Shown piece after piece: positions 13,138 through 26,292 of a DNA stretch of 64,000 nucleotides. Numbering within the stretch: position 1 is the stretch's first letter; the number at the start of each line of letters is the position of its first letter. The notes under the pieces were generated by a model. It made no database searches and had not been told where the DNA came from. It saw only the letters and a program-made list of their open reading frames with translations. The stretch is from Octopus sinensis (lineage: Eukaryota), in assembly GCF_006345805.1 (NCBI RefSeq), contig NC_043004.1, positions 10,168,001 through 10,232,000 on the forward strand, written 5' to 3'. Both the position numbers and the translations under genes were made by a program.

Positions 13138-16100
13138 CTAGCAGCATAGCCCAGCGTTGCCCGGGTATGTAAGAGCCCCTAGTAGGCAACGACTAATCCC
13201 AATGTAGTCCTTTCCCTCCAGGGAACGAAGGTGCATGTGGACGTTGCAATGTCTTGTCTTCACTGGAATACTTCTGTATATACGATGTTCCTAGCTGTCC
13301 GTTTGGGCGAAAACATGAAAACATCATTGCGCCTCCCAACGCGTGAACAGCCCACGTAGAGTTGACCGTGGGCGAAGCACTGTTCGCCCAAATGTAACCC
13401 AGCGACTTGTAGCGTTTGGCCTTGGGATTTATTGATGGACATTGCGAAGCAGAGTTTAACAGGAAACTGAGAACGCCTGAATTGGATTGGTAGGTCAGCG
13501 CCCGACGGTTGAAGGTGCATCCGTGGAATGAAGACGTCCTCTCCCTTCCCACAACCGGTAAGTATTGTGGCCGTTATTAAATGTGGTGCCAAATGTTTCA
13601 CAACCAAACGTGTGCCGCTGCACTGTTTAGGTGGAACCAAATTCCTGATGAGCATAATGGGCGCACCGACTTTTAACTTCAGGATGTGTGGTGGCAGGCC
13701 TGGCGGTTCAAGTGAATTCAGGAATTCAACAGGATAATCGGCAAGCTGGGCGGGGTCTGCTGTCCTATCTATAGATTTGTAGACGTGGACATCACCAGGA
13801 ATAGCTTCAAGTAGCTGGATATTGATGGAGTTGACGGTTGTATTTTTGGGTGCGAGAATAGCTCTGCCTGCCAGCCATATCAGGTCGCGTAAATTGTGAT
13901 GACTGGGAGTCATCCTCTAGAAGGCCAAGTCTCATACATGCTTCCCTGAAGGTGTCGCACAGAACCCCATTGACGGTACGTATATTGGCGAAACCTGTTG
14001 GACCAGTGACCTCATGTAGAAGGAGACGGAGGTAGAAGCATTCTTGCTGGTTTGGCGGGATGTTGTAAACTCGACCCAGGCAGGAGTCAAACTTGACGCC
14101 TGGGAAGCTTTCGACGTTTTTTGCCGGATTTCCGTCGAACCCAGGTGTTTTTAGACCACACGAAGTACGATGGGACCTGTGGGTACAAAAGCGTTCGAGC
14201 GAAGTCATCACGTTGGCATAATTTGAAGAAACCAGTCAACGTTGTGTCTTTAGGGCTGGTGGCTATTTGCTCTGTGAAGTAAATCCGCTGTCCATTTTCC
14301 AAGTGTACAGCAAGCTGCACCACAGCCGGGTGTCTCTGATGGAGCGGGAAGCGGTAAATGCGCCAAAACGCTTCGTTGCTGCTGAGGTACCGGCCAGCCA
14401 AGTAGTTGGACACTTCGTCGCGACTGGTGGTCCTCTGGATGCTGAACATGGCAGCATCGCTGCCTTTGTTGATATATTTGCAGACATATTGTATTGACCT
14501 GATGGAGCTGCAGAACTCAACGTTGACGTGGGCTTTGAATATCTTCGACAGGAGAGGACAGTAGGGGACAATGTAGCTGTTGTCCACTTGATGTCGCCCA
14601 ACCGTAATCGTGCGGCCTCCATTGGCTGGACTCCTTCGTTTGTACAGCGGATACCCATCGCCGCCTGTTTGAGTCTCCAAAGTGAACCGTTTAGGGAATC
14701 CCTTTGAGCAGGCTAATCCGTTTTTGTAGCATGGTGTGTTGGCGTAATTTGGTCCACAGGGCCCGTGTACCATGGTAATGCGGACAATTTCGTAGAGTCC
14801 GGGGTCCTCATCGGGGTCAGGAATCTCGGCGGAAATGAATTTGTCAATGTCATTAGTCTCGATTTTATGAGTGAGCCAAATTAAGATGTGAGCATGTGGC
14901 AAGTCCCTCTTTTGCCACTCGACCGAAAACATGTGGCACCTGACATGCCCGAAAATCTGACCCTTAACTATCAAATCCTTCATTTTGCCCAAATTCAGAC
15001 GGAAAACCCTAGCAACGATGTCGTGTCGATGGGTGTGAGATTGACCCGGGAGGAGTTCGCGAGTGATTTCGTCGCAGCTGGGATTGCACGTGTAGGTGAT
15101 AAAGAGGTCCGGCGGCCGTAAATGCGCACGTAGGTCAAGGCGTCTTGGGTCCTTTCACGCATATATCGCGGTCCTCCCGTGAAGGTGGAGGGTAGAATGC
15201 ATGGCTTGCCGATGTTGCGAGGGTCATTTTCTTGTTGCAAACCGTCACGGAGATGAATGTAGGAGTCGGAGCGAAGTTTGGTCTGATTAAGTTTAATGTA
15301 TAGCAGCCTTTCCGATTCCATTTTTGCGGCCATGTCGACGGCGAACTGGTTGAATAGCTGACGACAACGGGGCAATAAGTTGAACTCACCCTCCCTGACC
15401 ATGAACCGGTATGAGTAGAACGCCCTGCAGGAAACAGTCTTTGATGCCGCAGTAGTTTGATTGGAGGGCTGCCGTAAAGGAATTCCGAAGTGGTAGCCGT
15501 CTTCCCCATAAGGGAAAAGCAATGGATACTGAAGCGCGTCATAAGATCTGTGAGTCTCGCTGATCCTGTGTAGGTTGTTACCACGGGAGGAGATGATTAT
15601 GTCACGGCTGTTGTGTTGCTCTCCGTGTATGACTGCGGCAATTTCGTTGCACGCAGGTGCGTTGAAACGGCGTTCGTGCTCCCCGTGGGGTCGTTTATCA
15701 GCATCAATGACAACGGTGAAGTTTGAAGATGGAGCACTGTCCAAGGCATATCTGAAGCTGCAGACGTAGCTGTTGATATCATGAAGCATGGTTTGGAGAC
15801 GGAGAAGAATGTCTTTGCGGGGAACATAGCTTGTACCCGGTATTATTCCAAGGTGTGCATCAACCTGGTGGTTGTAGTCGGCAATGAAGTATATTTGGAG
15901 GAAAGAAGACTGCTGAATCTCGTCTGGCAGAAGTGACCCAATAAGATGGTAGACCTGTCCCTGCACTTTGAAAGTAGGCATCCAGCCTTCTCTGGGAGGA
16001 ATTTTGGCCCCGAAAGAGGTTATTTGGAATGAGCAGTTGTACTTTCGAATTATTTCAAGGAATTGTGAGGAATCGGGGGTTAAACCCGCCGCGAGATCCT

Positions 16101-18165
16101 TCAGTGGTTGAGGTGGTTCCCGTAGGGGTGGCAGGTCCACTTTGCCAACAGAGCAGCACAAACCAGGTGGCTCTCCGGGCCATTTCTTGGCTTTGCAAAA
16201 CTGGCATACAATTGTCATTGACCCTATCTTGATGTCGTCACGCAAGGAGAAGTTAATTGTGGAGTCGTAGTTGAATGCTAGTGACAACCAGAAAGCGGGG
16301 GCAGGGGTACGTACACCACGAATGATATCCCGACGTTTGTTGATACTCTCAAGTCGAGTGCACCGTGCCTCAGCAGATTCAGATGCACGTGCGACAGCGG
16401 TAGCAGTGGCATCCCTTGAAAGCCTTTCAGCTCTCGCCTCAACACCCTCTGAAGCCCTAGCAGAAGCAGTGTTAATGGCATGTCTGGATGTCCGAATAGT
16501 CCGTTGGTGTGGAGTTTCGGCAGATCGAGCCCTGGCTGTGTTTGCGGCGTTAGCAGCTTGGCGAGCTCTCCTCTGTTGAGGTGTTTCGGCAGCTTTGGCC
16601 ATGGCTTTGTTTGCGGCGTCAGCATCTTGGCGAGTTCTCCTCTGCTGTGATGTTTCGACAGATCGTGTCCTGGCGGTGCTAGTGGCGTTAGCCGCATTCC
16701 AAATGGCCCTTTGTTCGGGGTTCTCGCGAGCTCTGCGGATGGAAGCACAGTAAGAAGCCCGCATGTTTTGGCTGGACTGTTGCTCTTTCGTCAACCTCGA
16801 GCGGAGGGAAGATCTGTACGCTGCGACCCTTGCAAGTCGGGTAGAACGGTCGCTAGTAGTTTCAGATGCCTGAGCAGCGGCATAACGGGAAGCTGTTTGC
16901 GAGAGGCGCAAGGCGGTTTCCTCGTGGGTCTCGCGTGCCCTTCTAGCCCTGGCAGCCGATGCCTTGGCCGTCCGAGGGCTGAGGAGGGTCCTTCTCTTTT
17001 TGGGTGGCATTTTGGTGGATAGCAATGTGTTTGGCAAAGGTGTAATAAAAAGGAACACGTGGGGTAAGTATTTTGGTGGATAGCAATGTGTTTGGTAAAG
17101 GTGTAATAAAAAGGAGCTCGTGGGGTAAGTATCAGAAAATGTATAAAAATGTACAAAAACGGCCAAAAAGCTGGCAGCAATGTGAGTGACAACAACGAAA
17201 AAGTCAAAAGTGATCAAAATGAACAAACGAAAGGAAAAGTTTTTTGATGCACACGACAAAAGTGGTTTCTAATAAACCAAGAGTTTGCAAGTAGCGTCCG
17301 AGGACCGTTAGGGTACGTCAAAAATTGAAGGTAAAACGTTTGGGGTGGTAGTTATAAAGAAAGTTTAAACAAAAAAAGTATTCGAATAACTTGCGGCTGC
17401 AGCAGCTATTAGCAGAAGTGGCGGTGTTGGGGGTAAAGTCTCGAATGTAATTTCTTCCTGGTAGGAATTGGTTGGATCGAACTATCGATAGCTAAAAAGG
17501 TCAAGTTGCGTCCCCTAGACAGTCTGGTTTGTGTTTAATACACAAATTTGTTTGCTATGTGTGCCACATATGATTAAATTAACCGATTTTTTCCAATAAT
17601 GTATCCTATTGGAATAAAAAGGGCTATATAGCTCCTTGGAGCAGACATGATGCTCGTTGTGAAAAAAAAAAAGATTCCTGCCAATTTGTGAAAGATATTG
17701 TCGAAAATATGTCATCTTGAATTTGAACGCGATTTCCCAAAATGGCATGATTTTATCGATTGTTTCTGATGGTAAGGTATTGCATGGAAAACTAACGTCA
17801 GAATTAAGTTTCTTAGGGTAACATTAAGCTTCACCATGAGTTTGGTGAAAATCGATTGCAAGTTGTGAAAACTACCATAGATAATGCGTTGCATAAAAAA
17901 AGCTTAGATTCTCGAGTTGCGTCCCCTAGACAGTCTGTGGTTCATGTTAATGATTCTCGACCCCATGTCGAATTTATCAATTTTTTTCAGAACTGGGGGA
18001 ACTTTTCAAAATTTTCGCTGCGTTAGTTTTGAATTATGACATTGGGCTATGTGTGTGTCAAGTTTCATCAGAATCGGTTGAAAGCCGTGGTCAGGGTGAG
18101 GGTACGAGAAAACAGACACACAGAAGCACGCACAGACAAACTGCCGTTTATATATAGAGAGAAGA
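13138..18165 (-). mobile_element. Helitron (rolling-circle transposon) with intact termini and an internal deletion
   Basis: Minus strand: 5' TC at 18165-18164, 3' CTAG at 13141-13138, subterminal hairpin CCCGGGC-AAC-GCTGGG, A|T insertion with no TSD, Rep/helicase coding sequence inside. Confidence 0.96.
13260..17010 (-). pseudogene. Helitron RepHel pseudogene (STPR repeats, Zn finger, Rep HUH nuclease, C-terminal half of PIF1 helicase)
   Basis: ATG at 17010 (MPPKKRR), CxxC..CC finger, YDALQYPL, LPSTFTGGPRYM, frameshifted PDLFITYTCNP (~15115), EWQKRDLPHAHIL, YVCKY, second frameshift near 14125, helicase motifs FAMSINKSQGQT and HGQLYVGCSR. No Walker A or Walker B. Confidence 0.93.
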
Positions 18166-18365
18166 TGATAAACTTATGGAAAGTTTTACAGATTTTTACA
18201 GTTTCAGTGATGGATAGGATCTGTAGTCTTCGAATTAGCTTTCTGCTTTCTGGTTTTGAGAAGCCTAATTTCTTAAGATTGGTATTTAGGGCTCCAATAA
18301 TTACAGGTAAAAATCTAAACTTGTAATTTGGACATAGTAACTGTAGATTGTAACTACTGAGTAAC
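18166..18365 (-). mobile_element. ORF C-terminus of the (TACA)n-associated RLE LINE
   Basis: YKFRFLPVIIGAL..KLIRRLQILSITETVKICKTFHKFI matches ORF 30388-30756. Confidence 0.88.
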
Positions 18366-18366
18366 T

Positions 18367-18855
18367 GCAGGTGTGGCTGTGTGGTAAGAAATTTGCTTCC
18401 CAGCCACATAGCTTCAAGTTCAGTTCTATTACGTGGCACCCTGGGCAAGTGTCATGTACTATTATAGTCTTGGGCTGACCAAAGCCCTGTGAGTGGATTC
18501 TGCAGACGGAAACTGAAAGAAGACCGTCGTGTACACACACACACACACACACACACACCCACACACACAAACACACACACGCACACACACACGCACACAC
18601 ACACACACACATATGTATATGTATATATCTGTACGTGTGTCTTCGTGCCCCACCACCGTAAAGACGCCAACGCCGTTTGACAACCGGTGTCAGTGTGTTT
18701 ACATCACCGTAACATAGCAGTTCGGTAAAAGAGACTGATAGAATAAGCACCAGGCTTGCAAATAAGTACGGGGGTCGATTAGTTCGACTAAAAATTCCTC
18801 AAGGCGGTGCCCGAACATGGTTGCAGTTTAATGACTGAAACAAGTAAAAGAATAT
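18367..18855 (+). mobile_element. Full-length CORE-type SINE (family B) with an internal (CA)n
   Basis: Head GCAGGTGTGGCTGTGTGGTAAG, core GGCACCCTGGGCAAGTG, tail GACTGAAACAAGTAAAAGA. Other copies at ~27620-27815, 31325-31490, 36675-36905(-), 38570-38730(-), 43608-43980, 47795-47895, 48212-48610(-) and 59820-59980. Confidence 0.88.
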
Positions 18856-19071
18856 GAATATGTATATATACACACATATACATACATATACATATATATT
18901 ACATTGTTTTACACTCTTTTATTCCTTTAGAATAATACCAGTGATATCTTCGAAACATGTGTCGGAAGTAAAATAATTTGAATAGCACCTGCGTTTAACT
19001 ACATTTATTTGTTTATATATATGTATATATATATGTGTGTGTATTTATATATGCACATACACACACACACA

Positions 19072-19106
<35 letters not shown>

Positions 19107-19273
19107 TCACACACATGTACTTTATTATTAAAGCTGCAAAAGCATCGCAAAAAATATCATATAATAACTGCTATTCAGAATTTCACGTTCCCCGTTCGTC
19201 GGGCTGAGGTGACATATATATGAGGTGACATATATATATATATGTATAGGTATATATATATATATATATATAT

Positions 19274-19361
<88 letters not shown>

Positions 19362-19799
19362 ACAAAGGGAGAAAGAGCATTTAAAGCCAACGTGTTGAAT
19401 GACCGTTGTTTTTACAATAAAAATAATATAAAAACAGACGGACTTTTTCTCCTTGATACGAAAATGATGTAAGGCTAGATAGACGAAGTCTATTCTATTA
19501 GTTATTGTGGTCAATAGAAAACTAGTTTCACGATAAATGTACAAAGTAAATAAATTAATTTTTAAAACGTTAACTTAATTTAAAAGCACATTTTTCGATC
19601 TTCAGTTGTATACACCGTATTTTAAGAAAAATATAATAACTATAAAATATATTTACCTTCATCTATCCACATCAATTCGTAACCCAAGTTATTCAGTATA
19701 TTGAAAAAGGTAAGAGAGGGAGAAGGAACATACTTCTTCATCCACATTCAAACACGCTTTCTAATCTGTCGCTGGGCCGATAGCGGTAAATTATGTGTG

Positions 19800-20752
19800 T
19801 ATATTTATATGGTGGTTGTCTACTTCTTATGCAGAGTTTGACCACCTCCTGTACACCTTAGCATCATTATGGCATTGATGTGGCTTTTTAAACCAATGTT
19901 CTGAAAAGACTCCCACATAGATTGCACATCAAGAGCTGCAGATAAGTTCTGCTCTTTGTGGATTTTAAAATGTCTCTTGGGGCCTCCGTTGGATTTGCAA
20001 ACCTTCTAGCACACACTGCATTTAAAGGTGTGCACAGACATACAGGCAGAATAGTTGGAGGAGGTTTGTTTTCCATGCGTTCGCAGATGAGATTTGAGGC
20101 CAGCTAAAGACAGGCATGGTCTGTTACAGACTGTGCACACAAAAAGGTCATTTTAATTAACCTTCTCAATCGTTACATTCTTCTTTAGATCTCTTTTGTA
20201 TCTTACTTATGTTATCCTGGCCTCTTCAAATGCTTTCACTCCACAACACACCTTTGTTCACCATCTAACTCGATCCGAAGCAAGGGTTTCTGTATCTTCT
20301 GGAACCATTCCAAGTGACTTCATAGTTGTCCTTATGCCTCCCTTAAACCTTTTTTTTTAGGTTTACGCCGATAGCGTTTCCCCTCTGCAAGCTCACCATA
20401 AAACAGCTGTTTCGGCATGCTTTCATCTGCCATTTGAACAATATGGCCACACCATCTCAGTTGGTTTCTCAGAATCATAGTTTTAATTGAGGTGATGCCT
20501 GCAAATGCAAGGACATCTGTGTTTGGAGTAAAAGAACTCCATTTAATGTTTAAAATGCGATGAAGGCAGTTTTGGTGGAATTGTTCAAACATTTTAAAAT
20601 GCCTTTCATATCAAGTCCAAGTTTCACAGGAATAAACAGGGATGGTAAGTCAAATGATTTGTAAAGAGCCACCTTTGTATTCTTATTTATTTGTCACTGG
20701 CACCAAACACGTGACTCCATGCCACAAAATGCTTTTACTGCCCTTTGAATTC
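19800..20752 (-). mobile_element. Degenerate RTE-clade LINE 3' fragment
   Basis: ORF 20332-20592 FEQFHQNCLHRILNIKW..QLRWCGHIVQM..PKQLFYGEL, typical of the RTE/BovB region after the RT; CETWT upstream; Cys-rich remnants downstream. Confidence 0.8.
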
Positions 20753-20754
20753 AT

Positions 20755-21025
20755 ATGGGTCGGTTTCCCGGTTTCATTGGCGTCATAGGTTCTCCACCTG
20801 GACGGGACGCCGCTCCATCGCAGGTGAGCTGCTAGATGCAGAAGAAAAGAGTGAGAGAAAGTTGTGACGAAAGAGTCAGCAGAAGTTCGCCATTACCTTC
20901 TGCCGGAGCCGCGTGGGGCTTAGGTGTTTCGCTCATAAACACACACATCGCACGGTCTGAGATTCGAACCTGCGATCCCTCGACCGCCAGTCCGCTGCTC
21001 TAACCACTAGGCTATGTGCCTTCAC
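20755..21025 (-). mobile_element. tRNA-derived SINE family C
   Basis: Minus head TGAAGGCACATAGCCTAGTGGTTAGAGC..GGTTCGAATCTC (A and B boxes). Confidence 0.8.
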
Positions 21026-21209
21026 CCACTTAGAGTAGGGTTGAAAAAATACACTTTGACCAGCTTAAGGGTCTAGAACTCTTATTTAGAACTTAAAACC
21101 AAGGTCGGGTTGAGGTCAACCACGTAGCAGAGTTTTTATAGCCATATGAAGATTCTAACATTCCCTCTCACATTCTTTTCTCTCACAGACTATTGTAAAC
21201 TTGGTAAAT

Positions 21210-21392
21210 AGGAGAACTCCGTCGGTTACGACGACGAGGGTCCCAGCTGATACGATCAACGGAACAGCTTGCTCGTGAAATTAACGCGCAAGTGACTAAG
21301 CAATCCACAGACACGTGTACCCCTAACGTAGTTCTCAGGGAGATTCAGCGTGACACAGAGTGTGACAAAGCCGGCCCTTTGAAATACAGGTA
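21210..21392 (-). mobile_element. SINE family D, 3' part
   Basis: Colinear with 62889-63010; another fragment at ~6965-7085. Confidence 0.7.
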
Positions 21393-21780
21393 TATATATA
21401 TATGTATGTGTGTATGTATGTATGTATGTATGTATGTATATATGTATGTATGTATAATATACTGTCCCGTAGTAGAAAATTCGACAAAAATGGAAGGACT
21501 CAATCTGGTGAGAGATAAATATTATTTATTTAAAGGACACAGTACATGTCTTGAAGTGCTACTAATAGTTTCTTATGCTGAGAAATATCTCAAATATATT
21601 CTACAGGCACAAACCACATATCAACGAACTAAAAAATTATATATATATAAGCGTACATATAAATTTTTTACGAATTTAATAATTATATATATATATAGTA
21701 AATCTCCAGAATGAAGAAGAGAAAAGAGGACATGGTATATGTAAAGTATTAGCAGACGCTCAGGGAAGGAAATGAAGCTG

Positions 21781-21815
21781 ATTTAATGTTTCGAGCTACG
21801 CTCTTCTTCAGAAAT
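21781..21815 (-). ncRNA. Minimal type-I hammerhead ribozyme motif in a Penelope-like remnant (element ~21699-21860)
   Basis: Minus strand reads ATTT-CTGAAGA-A-GAGC-GTA-GCTC-GAAAC-ATT-AAAT. Confidence 0.75.
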
Positions 21816-21876
21816 GGAGGAAATTCAAATAGAAAGGAAGACGGAGGAAGAAAATCGTCTGTTATATACATATATA

Positions 21877-22256
21877 TCTTTATATATAAAAGAGGGGCTG
21901 TGTGTCTGTCTCCTACGATTTAGATTCCTAACTACTCCCACATTTTGCGGTGCAGTTTAACCAAAACCGGGTATCTTATAGTCGTGATTCATATCGAGCC
22001 CTTATGGGTATTAGTCTACGATTTAAAAAAAAAATTACCATCATTTTTTCCCATTTTAATGCATTTTTTCGCTATTATATAAGGGAAGTAACTCTCTAAA
22101 AATGTCTACGATGAGTCAACGATTTAAAAAAAATTACCATCATTTTTTTTTCCATTTTTAATGCATTTTTTTGCTATTTTTTGGCTATAACTCTCTAAAA
22201 ATGCTTATATAGTTATTTCCCTTACAAACCCGAGCAACGCCGGGCGATACTGCTAG
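21877..22256 (+). mobile_element. Non-autonomous Helitron
   Basis: A|TC start, hairpin CCCGAGC-AAC-GCCGGG, CTAG|T end; homologous to 52402-52914. Confidence 0.9.
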
Positions 22257-22612
22257 TATATATATATATATGAGTGTGCGTGTGTATATGTGTGTTTTGT
22301 ATCTGGGTGCTTATGAAGTTTATTATGTTATTATGGTTTCATGTTCAGAAAATAACGAAAAAGTGTCTATATGATTCGAACACTGATCTCTTGTGAAAAG
22401 AAGACGGGAAAGAAGGGCTGCGAGGCCGAAGAAATACATCGATGAAAAATTTTGTATCAAGGAGAATGAGTCAGGGATTCGTGTTAGTAAGATGAAAAAT
22501 AGCATGAGATAAAACGTTAAGTACATGAGATCTATATGGCAAGGAATACTGATTACAAACGGAGAAGAAATCAGAGTGAAATATCAATAGGAGAGAAAGA
22601 GAGAGAGAGAGA

Positions 22613-22671
<59 letters not shown>

Positions 22672-22792
22672 GGAGAAATGGGCAGAATGGAAGTGAGAAG
22701 TTGAGAGAACGTTTGCGAGAGAGACGAACAAGTGATAGAGAGAGGGGATTATGAGATATAGATATAGTAAGATTGATAATGTGGTATATGTG

Positions 22793-22870
<78 letters not shown>

Positions 22871-23337
22871 TATGTATGTATGAATGTATGTATGTATAAT
22901 TATCTGTGTGTGCTATTCTTTGCCTCCATAAAATCGATTTATGACCATTTATGACTCATAGTTCTACTGTCTAACTTCCATGCACACATACCTAAACATA
23001 GAGGCACCTGCACACACACACACGCGCGCACACACGTACACACACACACACACATACACACACATACACGCATACACACGCACACATACAGCCAGCATAC
23101 ACACGCGCACTACCAACGTACACGCAAATATGTATGTAAGCGTGTGTATTTGCGTTCATATACACACACGCACACACACACATATATATATATAAATATA
23201 CACGAATAAAGATATTCTATATATATGTATATATATATATATGTATATATATATAGCACATACACATCAAAAACACAAGCAAAAACGTACGAGCACACAA
23301 ACACGCGCACAAAGTTATATATATCTGAGTATGTATT

Positions 23338-23390
<53 letters not shown>

Positions 23391-23393
23391 ATA

Positions 23394-23531
<138 letters not shown>

Positions 23532-23595
23532 TATGTGTATATACATATACTATATATATGTATATATATATATATATATATATAGATATATATAT

Positions 23596-23626
<31 letters not shown>

Positions 23627-23742
23627 GTGTGTATATACATATACTATATATATATATATACTATATATATGTATATATATATATATATGTGTATATACAT
23701 ATACTATATATATATATATATATATATGTGTGTATATACATA

Positions 23743-23777
<35 letters not shown>

Positions 23778-25531
23778 TATATATATATATATACTATATT
23801 ATATATATATATATATATATACTATATATATATATATATTATATATATATATATATGCTATATATATGAGAATAAAATATAATTACATACATATATGAAC
23901 ACGGCAATGTATATCACACACTTATATATATAGATATTAGATATGTGTTAGTGTGTTTGTGCGCATATATGCGTGTGCGCGTATATGTGTGCTTGCATGT
24001 GCATTCGTGTGTATATGTATACGCGTGTGTGAACGTGTGAGTACACAAATGTTATGTTTATATATTGGTTTTTTTAATTTTATATTTGTTCAATAGGGAT
24101 TTCGGGGCCCAGAAACGCAGAGGGGGCGGGAGAGTGCGCCTTTGTTTGTGTGTAGGATTTGGAATGTGCTGATGCAGTTAGTTTGATTAGTATTCCTCCA
24201 GAATTATTATAGAATAATATTTATATGGGATACAGAGACATGGGAGGAGTTATGGATATTCAGAGGAAATGTAACTGCAAAGAGAGGAAATGAAGGGGCC
24301 ATATAGAATGTTAAGCAATGGCTGGAGAGGCAGATGTTGGGCGGTTTTATCAATATAAAACCATTGTGAGATACAGCATAAAACTCCGAACATGAGTTCG
24401 ATGGAAGAGTAGGCCCTGAAGGCCTGTTTTATGAGAGAAATGGAGGGCTAGCAAAATTTGAAACCCATATTATTATCATCATCATCATTATTCTTATTAT
24501 TATTATTATTCTTATTCTTATTCTTCTTCTTATTATTATTATTGTTATTATTATTATTATTATTATTAGTAGTAGTAGTAGTAGTAGTAGTAGTAGGTTT
24601 GGAGATTATTTGCTCATTTGTACTACTACTACTACTACTACTACTACTAAAAATAATAATAATAATGATAATAATAATAATAAAGCTTTCACCTATAGGA
24701 GAAAGCCTGAAGTTTTATGGAGCGGGCCTAGTCGATTACATCAGCCTCAGTGCTCGCCTGGTACTTATTTCATCGACCCCGAAAGGATGAAATGCAATGT
24801 TAACCTCGTCGAAATTTGAACGAAGAATATAAAGAGCCGGAAGAAGTGTCGCTAAGCGTTTCGTCCGACGCGTTAATGATCCCGCCAGGTCACCAACTAA
24901 TAATAAGTATTTACCACAATGAAGACAAAGAGACCATTATATGGACAGGTTAGAAAAAGGTGTGGCGCGTTTATATTGAAAGGGAATGAGAATAAAAGAA
25001 AGAAAAAAGGGGAAGTAACGATAAAAACATTAGATTGTATGTTATCCTTAATAATGGGGACCAGGAATCAAAGCCAGTCCATGAACCGAATGGATCCTTA
25101 ATCACGCTAACTACTAACGTAGTTTTCCTTTCCAAACAATGACCCTTTCATCTGCATGCACATTCGAAGAGTAAAGTCAGTCACTCAGGACATGTTCGTT
25201 ACATTCGCTGAGCTTTTGACAAATTTATCTGAGCTTTGTTCGTCTGTCCTCATTCTCTCTCTTCCTCACCTTCCTCTCCAAGTGGAACTTGAAGCAATTA
25301 AAAAGGTTATCTTTATTTTCAACCGATTGGCTCCGTTGTCACAATGCCCAAGATTGCCAGTAATTTCTCTTTCAAACCATAATCCCACGCGTCCTTCGAA
25401 ATACAAAATAAATTCCTTTCTTTATATTCTCGCTGTTCCATAAGGAATTGAGGTATGAATGAATCTTCACTACATTCATACGGCAAAGCTCTGCTGGGTA
25501 GACATTTTGTTAGTCGGATAATTCCCGTTAA

Positions 25532-25746
25532 CCCTCTCGTTACCAACCCGGCTGAAACTGGCTCTGGCTCTGAGTACAAATGTCTTCATAAGTTTTGAAT
25601 TAAAATCTTCCACCAAACCTTAGTCACAATTTATGTTCTTAACACTAGCTGAGTGATAACTAAGTTATTTTACTAAATACTTTGTTATATTTAAAGTAAT
25701 TGAAAGAAACACAGAGCATCTCAAAATAAATACAGTAACGAAAGGG
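25532..25746. mobile_element. piggyBac-like MITE
   Basis: TTAA-CCCTCTCGTTAC...GTAACGAAAGGG-TTTA: a 12-bp TIR with TTAA-like flanks. Confidence 0.7.
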
Positions 25747-25887
25747 TTTAAAGGCCTGACAGTTTGGAGGTAACTCCAGTGAAATAAAGAAGACTGTAAA
25801 TGCTTTCTGTTTTTCAAATCGAATTCTCTATTTATTTTTTCGCTAGGTGTCATACACCAACACATATCTGCGTATTATTAGCCTTGT

Positions 25888-26292
25888 TGAAGGCGGCGAA
25901 CTGGCAGAAACGTTAGCACGCCGGGCGAAATGCGTAACCGTATTTCGTCTGCCGTTACGTTCTGAGTTCAAATTTGGCCGAGGTCGACTTTGCCTTTCAT
26001 CCTTTCGGGGTCGATAAATTAAATACCAGTTACGCACTGGGGTCGATATAATAGACTTAATCAGTTTGTCTGTCCTTGTTTGTCCCTTCTGTGTTTAGCC
26101 TCTTGTGGGTAGTAAAGAAACAGGTATTTCGTCTGCCGCTACGTTCTGAGTTCAAATTCCGCGAAGATTGACTTTGCCTTTCATCCTTTCGGGGTCGATA
26201 AATTAAATGCCAGTTGCGCACTGGGGTCGATCTAATCGACTGGCCCACTCCCCCCAAATTTCGGGTCTTGTGCCTAGAGTAGAAAAGAGTAT
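25888..26292 (+). mobile_element. Family-A SINE dimer (young-tail unit plus old-tail unit)
   Basis: Single head, junction AGTAAAGAAACAG|GTATTTCG at 26123/26124, ends in the old tail TTGTGCCTAGAGTAGAAAAG. Confidence 0.88.

Noticed and set aside
14995-17259. 754-aa ORF as a host gene, with its first 83 aa
   Set aside because: It is the Helitron RepHel. The plausible start is ATG 17010; upstream residues come from a tandem duplication and the last ~40 aa follow a frameshift.
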